Translations under genes and position numbers: made by a program
The notes under the pieces: generated by a model
Database searches by the model: none
What the model was told of the DNA's origin: nothing
The model's input: only the letters and a program-made list of their open reading frames with translations
Assembly: GCF_014280175.1 (NCBI RefSeq)
Contig: NZ_CP047931.1
Coordinates: 450,001-482,000 of the forward strand
Length of the DNA stretch: 32,000 nucleotides
Direction of reading: 5' to 3'
Origin: Synechococcus sp. A15-28
Lineage (GTDB): Bacteria; Cyanobacteriota; Cyanobacteriia; PCC-6307; Cyanobiaceae
Shown here: one piece after another, positions 1 to 8,515 of the stretch
Numbering within the stretch: position 1 is the first letter of the stretch
How the letters are laid out: every line of letters starts with the position of its first letter

Positions 1-2
1 GC

Positions 3-953
3 TTGCTGGCGGCCGCCAGTGGTTGTCTGATCACCCACCCCAATGTGATGAACGGGGCGGCGCTGTACTGGCGCGACCCCCGCATCCACTACGTGGAGGG
101 ATACGGGCTCGATCGCTTTGCTGTTGGCGACTGGGACCTCCGGCCGGTGCGGCGCCAGCGGATCGGCCTGCTGCTGGATGCCGGCATCGAAGCGGAATTG
201 GCACAGCGACAGATTCAGGTGGCCGAAGCCTGCCGAGCCAGCCTTGGTCTGGAGATCGGTCCGGTGGTGACGACGGATCAACCCCTGGAGGTGCAGCTGG
301 AGCAGGGCAGCAGTGGTTCTAGCTGGGGGCATCTGGGCCGTCCCGATGCCCTGCTCAGGGCTGGCGAGCGGCTCAGAACTGCTGGGGCCTCGGCCATCGC
401 CGTGGTGGCCCGCTTCCCTGAAGACCCAGCCAGTGAAGAGCTGGCGGCCTACCGCGCCGGGAGCGGCGTTGATGCTTTGGCGGGCGCAGAGGCGGTGATC
501 AGCCATCTGCTGGTGCGGCACCTGCAGATCCCCTGTGCCCACGCTCCCGCCCTGGCTCCACTGCCCTTGGACCCACAGCTGGATCCCCGGGCGGCCGGCG
601 AGGAGTTGGGGTACACCTTCCTGGCCTGTGTGCTGGTGGGCCTCAGCCAGGCGCCGGATCTGCTGCCGGCCGGACAAGGTCCACTTCAGGCCGCTCAGTT
701 GGGGGCAGTGGTGGCGCCGGAGGGCGCCCTCGGCGGAGAAGCCGTTCTGTCCTGCCTCGAGCGTGAGGTGCCGTTGATCACCGTGGCCAACCCCTCGGTT
801 CTGGATGTGTCGGCTGAGGCCCTCGGTCTTGACCACGGCGTGCGGCAGGCGACCAGTTACGCCGAGGCCGCCGGCTGGCTGCTGGCGCTGCGGGAGGGAG
901 TCGCGGCTGGTTCCTTGCAGCGGCCCCTGCCCCCGCTGGAGCGATTGACCTGA
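3..953 (+). CDS. conserved cyanobacterial hypothetical protein, 5'-truncated by the window edge (possibly DUF3326-type; family name from memory only)
   Basis: The frame is open from the window edge to TGA at 951-953. Composition matches the neighbouring core genes. The stop overlaps the ATG of the next gene (TGATG at 951-955). Confidence 0.7.
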   Translation: MLAAASGCLITHPNVMNGAALYWRDPRIHYVEGYGLDRFAVGDWDLRPVRRQRIGLLLDAGIEAELAQRQIQVAEACRASLGLEIGPVVTTDQPLEVQLEQGSSGSSWGHLGRPDALLRAGERLRTAGASAIAVVARFPEDPASEELAAYRAGSGVDALAGAEAVISHLLVRHLQIPCAHAPALAPLPLDPQLDPRAAGEELGYTFLACVLVGLSQAPDLLPAGQGPLQAAQLGAVVAPEGALGGEAVLSCLEREVPLITVANPSVLDVSAEALGLDHGVRQATSYAEAAGWLLALREGVAAGSLQRPLPPLERLT

Positions 954-1360
954 TGCCCGGAGGCTTCGCCCTGGATCCAGGCCCCTGCCCCTGTGGAGGT
1001 GGTGAGTACAGCCGCTGTTGCGGGCCGTTCCACCGTGGGGAGCGGCGGGCGGAGACCGCCGAACAGTTGATGCGTTCCCGTTATTCCGCCTTCGCCAAAA
1101 GGGAGGTGGACTACCTGCGTCGCACCCATGGCCAGCCGGCGCCGCGCCGCGCCCTGCTCCAGGCCTGCCGTCAGACGACGTGGCTGGGCCTGACGATCCA
1201 TGCCGTCGATGGGGGTGGTGGGGATGATCTGGAGGGAACCGTTCGCTTTGAGGCCCGGCACCAGCAGGGGGTGCTGGTGGAGACGTCGCTGTTTCAGCGC
1301 CGTGGTGGCTCTCTCGCTGGGGAGTGGCTTTACATCCGCGCCCTTGAGCTGAACGACTAA
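953..1360 (+). CDS. YchJ/UPF0225-family protein with SEC-C-type Cys motif
   Basis: ATG at 953 overlaps the upstream stop. The N-terminal CPCGGGEYSRCCGP motif is followed by AEQLMRSRYSAFA, which is typical of YchJ-like proteins. Confidence 0.8.
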   Translation: MPGGFALDPGPCPCGGGEYSRCCGPFHRGERRAETAEQLMRSRYSAFAKREVDYLRRTHGQPAPRRALLQACRQTTWLGLTIHAVDGGGGDDLEGTVRFEARHQQGVLVETSLFQRRGGSLAGEWLYIRALELND

Positions 1361-2469
1361 CGCAGGCAGGCCATCGGATGCCGAGGCGGAACCCCAAGGG
1401 CCTTGGCGACCCCTGGATGGCAGACGGATCCCTGCACGGTGTTCAGGCCGGAGAGCAGTTCCGGCCGTTCAGTGACGGCTTCCTCGAGGCCTCTGCCCGC
1501 AATACCAAGGATGTACGGAAGCGTCACGCTCACCAGGGCCTCGGTGGAGGTGAAGGGCACGGCCCCGGGCATGTTGCCCACGGCGTAGTGCTGCACCCCA
1601 TGGATGCAGACGGTGGGGTCGGTGTGGGTGGTTTCGCGGCTGGTGGCGATACAGCCCCCCTGGTCAATGGCCACATCGACGATCACCGAACCGGCTCGCA
1701 TCTGCTGCACCATCCCCTCATCCACCAGGGTTGGAGCCCGGCCTCCCGGCGTGAGCACCGCGCCGATCACCAGATCCGCCGTGGGTACAAGCCGCTCCAG
1801 CAGGCCGCGGCTGCTCACCACGCTCATTAATCTCCCGCGCCGGTCGGCCTCCAGGCTGCGCAGGCGTTGGGGAGAGCGATCCAGCAGCAGCACTTCGGCA
1901 TCCATGGCAGCCGCCGTGCGGGCGGCATTCCAGCCCACGGTGCCGGCCCCCAACACGACCACTCGTGCCGGTTGCACCCCGGTGCAGCCCCCCATCAACA
2001 CCCCACGACCTCCGTGGGGTTTCTCCAGCAGGTGTGCCCCCACCTGGGCTGCCAGCCGCCCGGCGATTTCGCTCATCGGCGCCAGCAGAGGCAGGCTGCC
2101 GTTCTCGAGTTGCACGGTCTCGTAGGCGATGGATGCGGTGCCGGCGTTCAGCAGGGCCTCCCCCACCTCGGGATAAGCGGCCAGGTGCAGATAGGTGAAC
2201 AGCACCATGTCGTTGCGCAGGAAGCCGAATTCCTCCGCCTGCGGCTCCTTCACCTTCACCACCAGATGGGCGCCCCAGGCCTCCTCACGGCTCACCAGCT
2301 GGGCCCCAGCTGTGGCGAAGGCTTCATCGCCGATGCCCGCTCCCGCCCCGGCCCCGGCTTCCACACGGACCTCCAGGCCCTGGCTCACCAGTTCCCGCAC
2401 CGCATCCGGGGTGAGGGCCACCCGCTGCTCGTCGACCTTGATCTCCTTGGGCACGCCGATGCTGGCCAT
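1357..2469 (-). CDS. ald: alanine dehydrogenase
   Basis: The translation reads MASIGVPKEIKVDEQRVALTP... and includes the NAD-binding VVVLGAGTVGWNAA motif. The track ORF runs to a TTG at 2520. The ATG at 2467-2469 gives the canonical M-x-IGVPKE N-terminus. Confidence 0.9.
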   Translation of the reverse strand: MASIGVPKEIKVDEQRVALTPDAVRELVSQGLEVRVEAGAGAGAGIGDEAFATAGAQLVSREEAWGAHLVVKVKEPQAEEFGFLRNDMVLFTYLHLAAYPEVGEALLNAGTASIAYETVQLENGSLPLLAPMSEIAGRLAAQVGAHLLEKPHGGRGVLMGGCTGVQPARVVVLGAGTVGWNAARTAAAMDAEVLLLDRSPQRLRSLEADRRGRLMSVVSSRGLLERLVPTADLVIGAVLTPGGRAPTLVDEGMVQQMRAGSVIVDVAIDQGGCIATSRETTHTDPTVCIHGVQHYAVGNMPGAVPFTSTEALVSVTLPYILGIAGRGLEEAVTERPELLSGLNTVQGSVCHPGVAKALGVPPRHPMACLR

Positions 2470-2554
2470 CGGGGCCGTCAGGACGGAGGCTGCCATGGGG
2501 GCGACTGGAGATCCCTTCAATCTGGCCCGATCCGCGCCGCTCCGCCAGCCGGCG

Positions 2555-4228
2555 TCAGCTGGCCGCGATCGGCAACCGCCAGCCGCTGCCGAAGGCCTGG
2601 GAACTGATCTTCAGCAGCGGTGCTGCCTGGCGGCGTTTGAATTCCGCCCGGCGCAGCAGTTGCTGCACCCGAGCCACCAGAGCGCTGTCATGGCCGGCGG
2701 CCACCAGGGTCTCCGCGGGGGTTCGCTCCTGGATCAGAGCCCGCAGCAATGGATCCAACTGTCCGTAGTCCGGCAGCGAATCGCTGTCCTTCTGATCCGG
2801 CCGCAGTTCGGCACTGGGCGGTTTGGTGCGAATCGCCGCTCCCACCACCTCACCCTCAGCCGGCAGCCCCAGGTCGCGTCGGCAGGAGGCTGCTTCTGGG
2901 CTGTCGATCCAGTCGCACAACCGGAAGACCGTCGTTTTGTAGAGGTCGCCGATAACGGCCAGTCCGCCGTTCATGTCTCCATAGAGGGTGCAGTACCCCA
3001 CCGCCAGTTCGGATTTGTTGCCGGTGGTCAGCAGCAGCTGCCCCTGCTGGTTGGCCACAGCCATCAGCAAGGTGCCGCGGATGCGCGATTGTAGGTTTTC
3101 GGCGGTGACACCCTCGGGTCCCTGCGTCAGGGCCGGCCGCAGACCGGCATCGAATCCCTCCATCAGGTCGCCGATCGGCAGGGTGTGGTGGGTGAGCTTC
3201 AGGCGCTGGGCCAGGGCCGTGGCGTCATCGATCGAGCCGGCGGAACTCCAGGGGGATGGCATCAACAGGGTGGAGATGTTCTCCGGCCCCAGCGCCGCCG
3301 CAGCGATCACGGCCACCAGGGCGGAATCGATGCCACCGCTCAAGCCCAAAAGCGCTTTCCCAAAGCCGCACTTGCGGGCGTAGTCCCGCACCCCCAGCAC
3401 CAGGGTCCGCAGCAGCAGTTCCTCATCCACCGGGGCTGTACCGGCTGAGATGGCTGGCGTTGCGCTGTCCCACATCTGCACAGCCTCCTGGCAGGGAGGC
3501 AGCTCCAGCAGGGCGTCGCCGTTGGAAGCGACCACGAAGCTGCTGCCATCGAACACCAGCTCGTCGTTGCCGCCGACCTGGTTGAGATACACCACCGGGC
3601 AGTTCAGGCGCCGGGCTGCCTGAGTCGCCAGCCGCCGGCGCAGCCCTGGTTTGCCGATCTCACAGGGGGAGGCCGCCAGGTTGATCAGCACATCGGGCTT
3701 CGCCTCCACCAGGGCCGCGATCGGGTCCGGTCCCGCCAGCCGCTCCCGTTGCAGCGCGTCCTCCACCCAGAGGTCTTCGCAGACGGTGAGCCCCAGCCGT
3801 TCACCCCCCGCCAGGGTCAGCAGGCAGGGGCCTTCGCCGGGGCGGAAGTAACGCCGTTCATCGAAGACGTCGTAACTGGGCAGCAGCTGCTTTCGGGCCA
3901 CACCGCGCCATCCCCGCTGGTCCACCAGGGCGATGCCGTTGTGAAGGCACGGGGCACGACCGTCCTCGCAGGGGAGGGCCACCCCCACCAGCAGGGGGCA
4001 ACGTCCATCGAGCTGGCTGACCAGCCAATCGAGCACGGTGTTCTGCAAGTCCAGCCGCGCTGGTTGCAGCAACAGATCACGGGGGGGATAGCCCCAGAGA
4101 GAAAGTTCCGGGGTCAGCAGCAGCGTTGCCCCCTCCGCGCTCGCGGTATGGGCGGCCGCCAGGATCCTCTCGGCGTTGCCCCGCAGGTCGCCCACCACAG
4201 GATTCAGCTGGGCCAGGGCCAGGCGCAT
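2555..4228 (-). CDS. nadE: glutamine-dependent NAD+ synthetase
   Basis: The N-terminal part is a CN-hydrolase domain (MRLALAQLNPVVGD..., LTVCEDLW). The C-terminal part is an NAD synthetase with the PP-loop LGLSGGIDSALV. The track ORF extends to 4540, but those 104 extra codons overlap nadD. The ATG at 4226-4228 overlaps the nadD stop (TGATG). Confidence 0.9.
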   Translation of the reverse strand: MRLALAQLNPVVGDLRGNAERILAAAHTASAEGATLLLTPELSLWGYPPRDLLLQPARLDLQNTVLDWLVSQLDGRCPLLVGVALPCEDGRAPCLHNGIALVDQRGWRGVARKQLLPSYDVFDERRYFRPGEGPCLLTLAGGERLGLTVCEDLWVEDALQRERLAGPDPIAALVEAKPDVLINLAASPCEIGKPGLRRRLATQAARRLNCPVVYLNQVGGNDELVFDGSSFVVASNGDALLELPPCQEAVQMWDSATPAISAGTAPVDEELLLRTLVLGVRDYARKCGFGKALLGLSGGIDSALVAVIAAAALGPENISTLLMPSPWSSAGSIDDATALAQRLKLTHHTLPIGDLMEGFDAGLRPALTQGPEGVTAENLQSRIRGTLLMAVANQQGQLLLTTGNKSELAVGYCTLYGDMNGGLAVIGDLYKTTVFRLCDWIDSPEAASCRRDLGLPAEGEVVGAAIRTKPPSAELRPDQKDSDSLPDYGQLDPLLRALIQERTPAETLVAAGHDSALVARVQQLLRRAEFKRRQAAPLLKISSQAFGSGWRLPIAAS

Positions 4229-4803
4229 CAGCGGAGGCTGGGGGACAGTCCGTACAGATTGTGCTGCAGCAGCAGCATCCACACCGGCGCGGGGATCTGC
4301 TGTTGCTGCGGCGACCGTCGCAGGGCGGAGCTGGCGCTGGCGGGCACCTGTAGCTCGAGCAGGTCGATGCGGGCACCCAACTGCTTCAGATCCTCCAGGG
4401 CCTGCTCGCTGAGAGGCCAGCCCTGGCGCGGAGCGATCGCCAGCCGGCAGCGCTTCAACCACTGGGCGGACGACTTCCAGGTCGGGATCAGTGCCGCCAG
4501 GTCGCTGCCCACCACAAACACCAGCTCCGCCTCGGGCCAACGGTTGCTGGCCTGCTCGATCGTGCGGATGGTGAAGGGATGGCTGAGGGTCTGGTCCTGC
4601 TGCAGCCGCGGATCATTGATCTCTTCCACCAGGGCCTGCAGCAGCTGGGCTCGGAGTGCCAGGGGGGCACCGTGCTGTTTCTGGGGGTTGTCGCTGGCCC
4701 AGGTGGCCACGTGGGGATAGAGCCCGAGCAGGCCTTCCAGCAGGGCCTGGTGGCCGCAGGTGGGGGGGTCGGCGCTGGTGCCCAGCAAGGCGATCTGCTG
4801 CAT
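4228..4803 (-). CDS. nadD: nicotinate-nucleotide adenylyltransferase
   Basis: MQQIALLGTSADPPTCGH is the nucleotidyltransferase HxGH-type motif. The ATG at 4801-4803 lies 5 nt after the upstream gene's stop. The track ORF starts 21 codons earlier. Confidence 0.85.
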   Translation of the reverse strand: MQQIALLGTSADPPTCGHQALLEGLLGLYPHVATWASDNPQKQHGAPLALRAQLLQALVEEINDPRLQQDQTLSHPFTIRTIEQASNRWPEAELVFVVGSDLAALIPTWKSSAQWLKRCRLAIAPRQGWPLSEQALEDLKQLGARIDLLELQVPASASSALRRSPQQQQIPAPVWMLLLQHNLYGLSPSLR

Positions 4804-4808
4804 GACGA

Positions 4809-6104
4809 TCAGGGCAGCAGCGGTTGCCAGTCGGGTTGGCGCCGCCCCTGCCAGCGCTGCATCCAATGGCGGACCACCGGATCCCGCTGTTCCAGCCGCT
4901 GCATCAGGGCGCCGGGCTGGCCCCCGCGTACCTGGAGAAGCTGGCGGGCCACCAGGGCCCCGGTGCGGCGGCTGGCGTGTACCGCCAGAGCGGCCTGGGC
5001 CACAGCGACGGGCGCGGCCGGCGCCAGGCTGGCCCCGCCACTCACCGGCACCAGCAGCAGCAACAGTTGCTTCAGCAGCCCCAGCCCCAGCTGCACGCCC
5101 CCCAGCAGGGCGTTCTGGCCGGAAAGTTGTTGGAGAAGTTGCCGCGTGGCGGATGGCGTGAGCGGCATGCCGTAGAGCTGGCAGAGCTGCAGCACCAAGC
5201 CGGTGTCGCAGGCCAGACCACCCGCCAGATCGAGGGCCATCAGCGGGTTCATCGCCACGGCGGTGGCTTTGGTGGCGGCATAGCGTCCGATCAGGCCCTG
5301 GGCGCTGCGGCGGTGCTGCTGCAGCCGCAGCTGCTGACGTTGCTGCTGGAAGCGATCGGCCTGGCGCAGGCTCTGCAGGGCCAGCACCAGTTCACCCTCC
5401 CGATCGAGCTGGTCGGTCAGCTGGTGTTTCAGGGGGCTGACCTGGACGGGGGCAGGGGCGCTCCGCACCCTGCCGTCGGCATCGAGCACCGGCCGGCGGG
5501 GGGCGGCCGCCACGGCGGTGAGGGGAAGATCCCTGGGCAGGCGTGAGCGGATGCTGGACAACAGTTGCGGCAGCTCGTGTTCGGGCCAGCGGTCGCTGCG
5601 GTTGAGCACCAGCCGCACGGGTTTGCCGCTGGCCTGGAGGGTCTCCAGGGCATCACGGTCGCAACGGGTCAGGTCGCTGTCGATCACCAGCAGCACGAGA
5701 TCCACCCCCATGGCCACCCGGGTCGCCAGGCGGGTGCGGCCGGCGGCATCGATCTCATCGATGCCGGGGGTGTCGATCAGCTCCACCCGCTGCAGACCGT
5801 TCAGCCGCAAGGGCCAGGCCACGGCCTGCTGGCGGCGGGTACTGCCGTGGGCCACATCGGTCTCCAGCAGGCGCTGGCCCACCAGGGCATTGATCAGGCT
5901 CGACTTGCCGACCCCCACCCGACCGAAGACGGCAATCCGGATCACCTTCTGGTCGAGCCGCTGCAGCTGACGGTCCAGCAGGGTCAGTTCCCCGCGCAGC
6001 AAGCCCTGTTCCCGGCGGTTGAGCTGCAGCTCCCGCCGCCAGCTCTGCAGCAGCTGCCGGCAGCGTTCGGTGGTGGCAGGGGGTGACGGAGCCATGGCCT
6101 TCAT
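4809..6104 (-). CDS. GTP-binding protein with C-terminal DUF697/YcjF-like hydrophobic domain
   Basis: GTPase motifs are present: P-loop FGRVGVGKSSLINAL, DTPG, and the NKxD-like NRSD. The C-terminus is hydrophobic and Gly/Ala/Leu-rich. The ATG at 6102-6104 forms an ATGA overlap with the upstream stop. The track ORF's extra 95 N-terminal codons overlap the upstream gene. Confidence 0.85.
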   Translation of the reverse strand: MKAMAPSPPATTERCRQLLQSWRRELQLNRREQGLLRGELTLLDRQLQRLDQKVIRIAVFGRVGVGKSSLINALVGQRLLETDVAHGSTRRQQAVAWPLRLNGLQRVELIDTPGIDEIDAAGRTRLATRVAMGVDLVLLVIDSDLTRCDRDALETLQASGKPVRLVLNRSDRWPEHELPQLLSSIRSRLPRDLPLTAVAAAPRRPVLDADGRVRSAPAPVQVSPLKHQLTDQLDREGELVLALQSLRQADRFQQQRQQLRLQQHRRSAQGLIGRYAATKATAVAMNPLMALDLAGGLACDTGLVLQLCQLYGMPLTPSATRQLLQQLSGQNALLGGVQLGLGLLKQLLLLLVPVSGGASLAPAAPVAVAQAALAVHASRRTGALVARQLLQVRGGQPGALMQRLEQRDPVVRHWMQRWQGRRQPDWQPLLP

Positions 6105-7099
6105 GCTGCCGGCTTGCGCCACCAGCCCGCTAGCACCGCCAGCACGGCTTCCGCGCCGATCACGCCGACGAAGCCGCCGAATTCGTCCACCACCACCCGC
6201 ACGCCGCTGCTGTCGCGCCGGAAGCCTGTGAGCAGGCGATCGGCCCGGATCATTTCCGGCACGTAGTCCACTGGCTCGCACAGATCCACCGGTGTCAGCA
6301 GCCCCCGGTTCTCCAGCAGCGCCGTCAGCAGCCGTTCGCGGTTGGCCACCCCCAGCACCTTGTCCACCTGGTCCCCCAGCACCACCCACCAGGGGGCGTT
6401 GTTGCCGAGCAGCAGCGACCGCTGGGCCTCGAGGCTGAGGCTTCCATCCAGGGTTGGGGCGGACACCCGCGGTGTCATCAGATCCCTGGCGGTGAGGTCG
6501 TTCAGCTGGAACACCTTGCCGATCATCGCGGCCTCATCCGCTTCGATTTCCCCTTTCTGGGACCCCAGCCGAGCCAGCAGTCGGATCTCCTCTTCGTTGG
6601 TGGTGATCTCCGATTCGGCTGTGATCGCTGGCAGCAGCCGTTCCAGCAGCAACACCAATGGACTGAGCAGCAGTCCCAGCCAATGCAGCAGCGGTGCAGC
6701 GGCCAGGGAGACGGGCAGGGCCAGGCGGCTGCCGAGGGCTTTGGGCAGGATCTCCCCCAGCAACATCACCAGCACGGTGAGCCCGATGGAAAACAGCGGC
6801 AGGGCTACTCCACCGATGCCCCGCTGCTCGAACAACCAGGCGGCGTAGCCCCCCAGCATCAGGCTGCCGAAGATGTTGAAGCCGTTGTTGGCGATCACCA
6901 GCACCGACAGAGTGCGGCCCAGCCGCTGGCGCAGTTTCGCCAGCCGGCGGGAGCCGGCCACCGGACGGCTGCGGGCCGCCAGTTCATGCACCCGGATCGG
7001 GTTCACTGTGAGCAGGGCCGCTTCCACTCCGGAGCACAGGGCCGACCCCAGCAGCACCACCAGCACCAACAGCAGCAGCACCAGCAGGTCGGATCGCAT
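6101..7099 (-). CDS. CNNM/DUF21 transmembrane domain plus CBS-pair protein (CorB/TlyC-like divalent-cation transporter family)
   Basis: ATG at 7097-7099. The N-terminal domain is hydrophobic and multi-TM. It is followed by DLMTPRVS... and VVVDEFGGFVGVIG, which are typical CBS-pair signatures of this family. Confidence 0.85.
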   Translation of the reverse strand: MRSDLLVLLLLVLVVLLGSALCSGVEAALLTVNPIRVHELAARSRPVAGSRRLAKLRQRLGRTLSVLVIANNGFNIFGSLMLGGYAAWLFEQRGIGGVALPLFSIGLTVLVMLLGEILPKALGSRLALPVSLAAAPLLHWLGLLLSPLVLLLERLLPAITAESEITTNEEEIRLLARLGSQKGEIEADEAAMIGKVFQLNDLTARDLMTPRVSAPTLDGSLSLEAQRSLLLGNNAPWWVVLGDQVDKVLGVANRERLLTALLENRGLLTPVDLCEPVDYVPEMIRADRLLTGFRRDSSGVRVVVDEFGGFVGVIGAEAVLAVLAGWWRKPAA

Positions 7100-7186
7100 C
7101 TGAGTCCGGCGTGAACGCCATCGTATCGACGCTTCCCGGTTGTACCAGCCGAGCTGCCATCCTGATCAGCTGAGCCTCACTCCGGC

Positions 7187-8515
7187 GTGCACGACTTCGA
7201 CCCCAGCATCCACGCCAGCCGGCGGCAGCGCTTCCTCGATCAGCTCGGTGCGGCCGCTGCCGTGATCCCGGCGGCGCCACTGGCCACCCACCACGCGGAC
7301 TGCGAGTGGCCGTTCCGCCAGGACAGCGATTTCTTCTACCTCACCGGTTTCGATGAACCGGATGCGGTGGCCCTGCTGCTGCCCCATCGACCGGAAGGCG
7401 AGCGCTTTGTTTTGTTCGTCCACCCCAAGGATCCGGCGGCGGAGGTGTGGACAGGCTTCCGCTGGGGGACCGAAGGGGCTGTCGAGCGCTACGGGGCCGA
7501 CATCGCTCTGCCACTGGATCAGCTCAGTGCCCGGTTGCCGGAGTTTCTCGATGGGGCTGAAGCCATTGCCTTTCGGGTGGGCCGTCATCCGGCGGTGGAG
7601 CCTCTGGTGCTCTCGGCCTGGGGCAGACAGCTGGACAGTTATGCCCGCTCCGGTATTGCAGCCCTCGGTCTGGTGGCGCCGACGCCGATCCTGCATCGCC
7701 TGCGACTGCGCAAGGAGCCCCATGAACTGGAGCGGATGCGGGAGGCCTGCCGCATCTCCGCTGAAGCCCACGAACGGGCCCGCGCGATGACCCGACCGGG
7801 GATGCATGAAGCGGAGGTGCAGGCTGCGATTGAGGCCCATTTCCGTGCCGCCGGCGCCCGCGGACCTGCCTACGGTTCGATCGTGGCCGGTGGGGACAAT
7901 GCCTGCGTTCTCCACTACACCGCCAACACCGCGGTTTTGCAGGACGGTGATCTGCTGCTGATCGATGCCGGATGCTCGATCGCCGACTACTACAACGGCG
8001 ACATCACCCGTACCTTCCCGATCAATGGGCGCTTCAGCGCCGAGCAGCGCGACCTCTACAGCCTGGTGCTGAAGTCTCAGGAGGCGGCCATCGCCGTTGT
8101 TGAGCCGGGCGGAACTGCGGAACACGTCCATGCCACGGCCTTGCGGGTGCTGGTGGAAGGTCTGGTGGAGCTGGGCCTGCTGATCGGAGATGTGGACGGA
8201 ATCATTCAGCGGGGTGATTACCGCCATCTCTACATGCACCGCACCGGCCACTGGCTGGGGCTGGATGTGCACGATGTGGGGGCCTATCGCCTCGGGGAAC
8301 AGCCCGCTGAGCTGGAGGCCGGCATGGTGCTCACCGTGGAGCCTGGTCTTTATGTCAGTGACCGCCTGACCGTTCCGGAAGGCCAGCCGGAGATCGAGGA
8401 GCGCTGGAAGGGCATCGGCATCCGGATCGAGGACGACGTAGCCGTCACCGGCGCTGGCCATGAGGTGCTCACGGCCGCGGCGCAGAAGAGCCTTGCTGCC
8501 ATGGAGCGGGCCTAG
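7187..8515 (+). CDS. pepP: Xaa-Pro aminopeptidase (M24B)
   Basis: GTG start at 7187, with no in-frame ATG nearby. M24B metal-ligand motifs are present: LIDAGC, HRTGHWLGLDVHD, VEPG and IRIEDD. Confidence 0.9.
   Translation: MHDFDPSIHASRRQRFLDQLGAAAAVIPAAPLATHHADCEWPFRQDSDFFYLTGFDEPDAVALLLPHRPEGERFVLFVHPKDPAAEVWTGFRWGTEGAVERYGADIALPLDQLSARLPEFLDGAEAIAFRVGRHPAVEPLVLSAWGRQLDSYARSGIAALGLVAPTPILHRLRLRKEPHELERMREACRISAEAHERARAMTRPGMHEAEVQAAIEAHFRAAGARGPAYGSIVAGGDNACVLHYTANTAVLQDGDLLLIDAGCSIADYYNGDITRTFPINGRFSAEQRDLYSLVLKSQEAAIAVVEPGGTAEHVHATALRVLVEGLVELGLLIGDVDGIIQRGDYRHLYMHRTGHWLGLDVHDVGAYRLGEQPAELEAGMVLTVEPGLYVSDRLTVPEGQPEIEERWKGIGIRIEDDVAVTGAGHEVLTAAAQKSLAAMERA

Noticed and set aside
4229-4540. 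N-terminal 104-codon extension of the nadE ORF in the track
   Set aside because: It overlaps nadD in another frame, is Arg/Ala/Gly/Pro-rich, and precedes the canonical MRLALAQLNP CN-hydrolase N-terminus. That N-terminus starts at an ATG overlapping the nadD stop.
6105-6389. 95-codon N-terminal extension of the GTPase ORF
   Set aside because: It overlaps the CBS-domain end of the upstream gene, and its translation is Gly/Arg/Ala low complexity. The ATGA junction at 6101-6104 gives a compact coupled start.
7166-8461. 431-aa ORF antisense to pepP. Similar long antisense ORFs occur at 8587-9756, 8960-9904, 1867-2607, 2195-3094, 3749-4720, 4824-5546, 9753-10445, 26324-27226 and 30250-31365.
   Set aside because: Each lies opposite a gene with clear family motifs. 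Their translations are Arg/Gly/Pro/His-rich low-complexity strings typical of off-frame GC-rich DNA.
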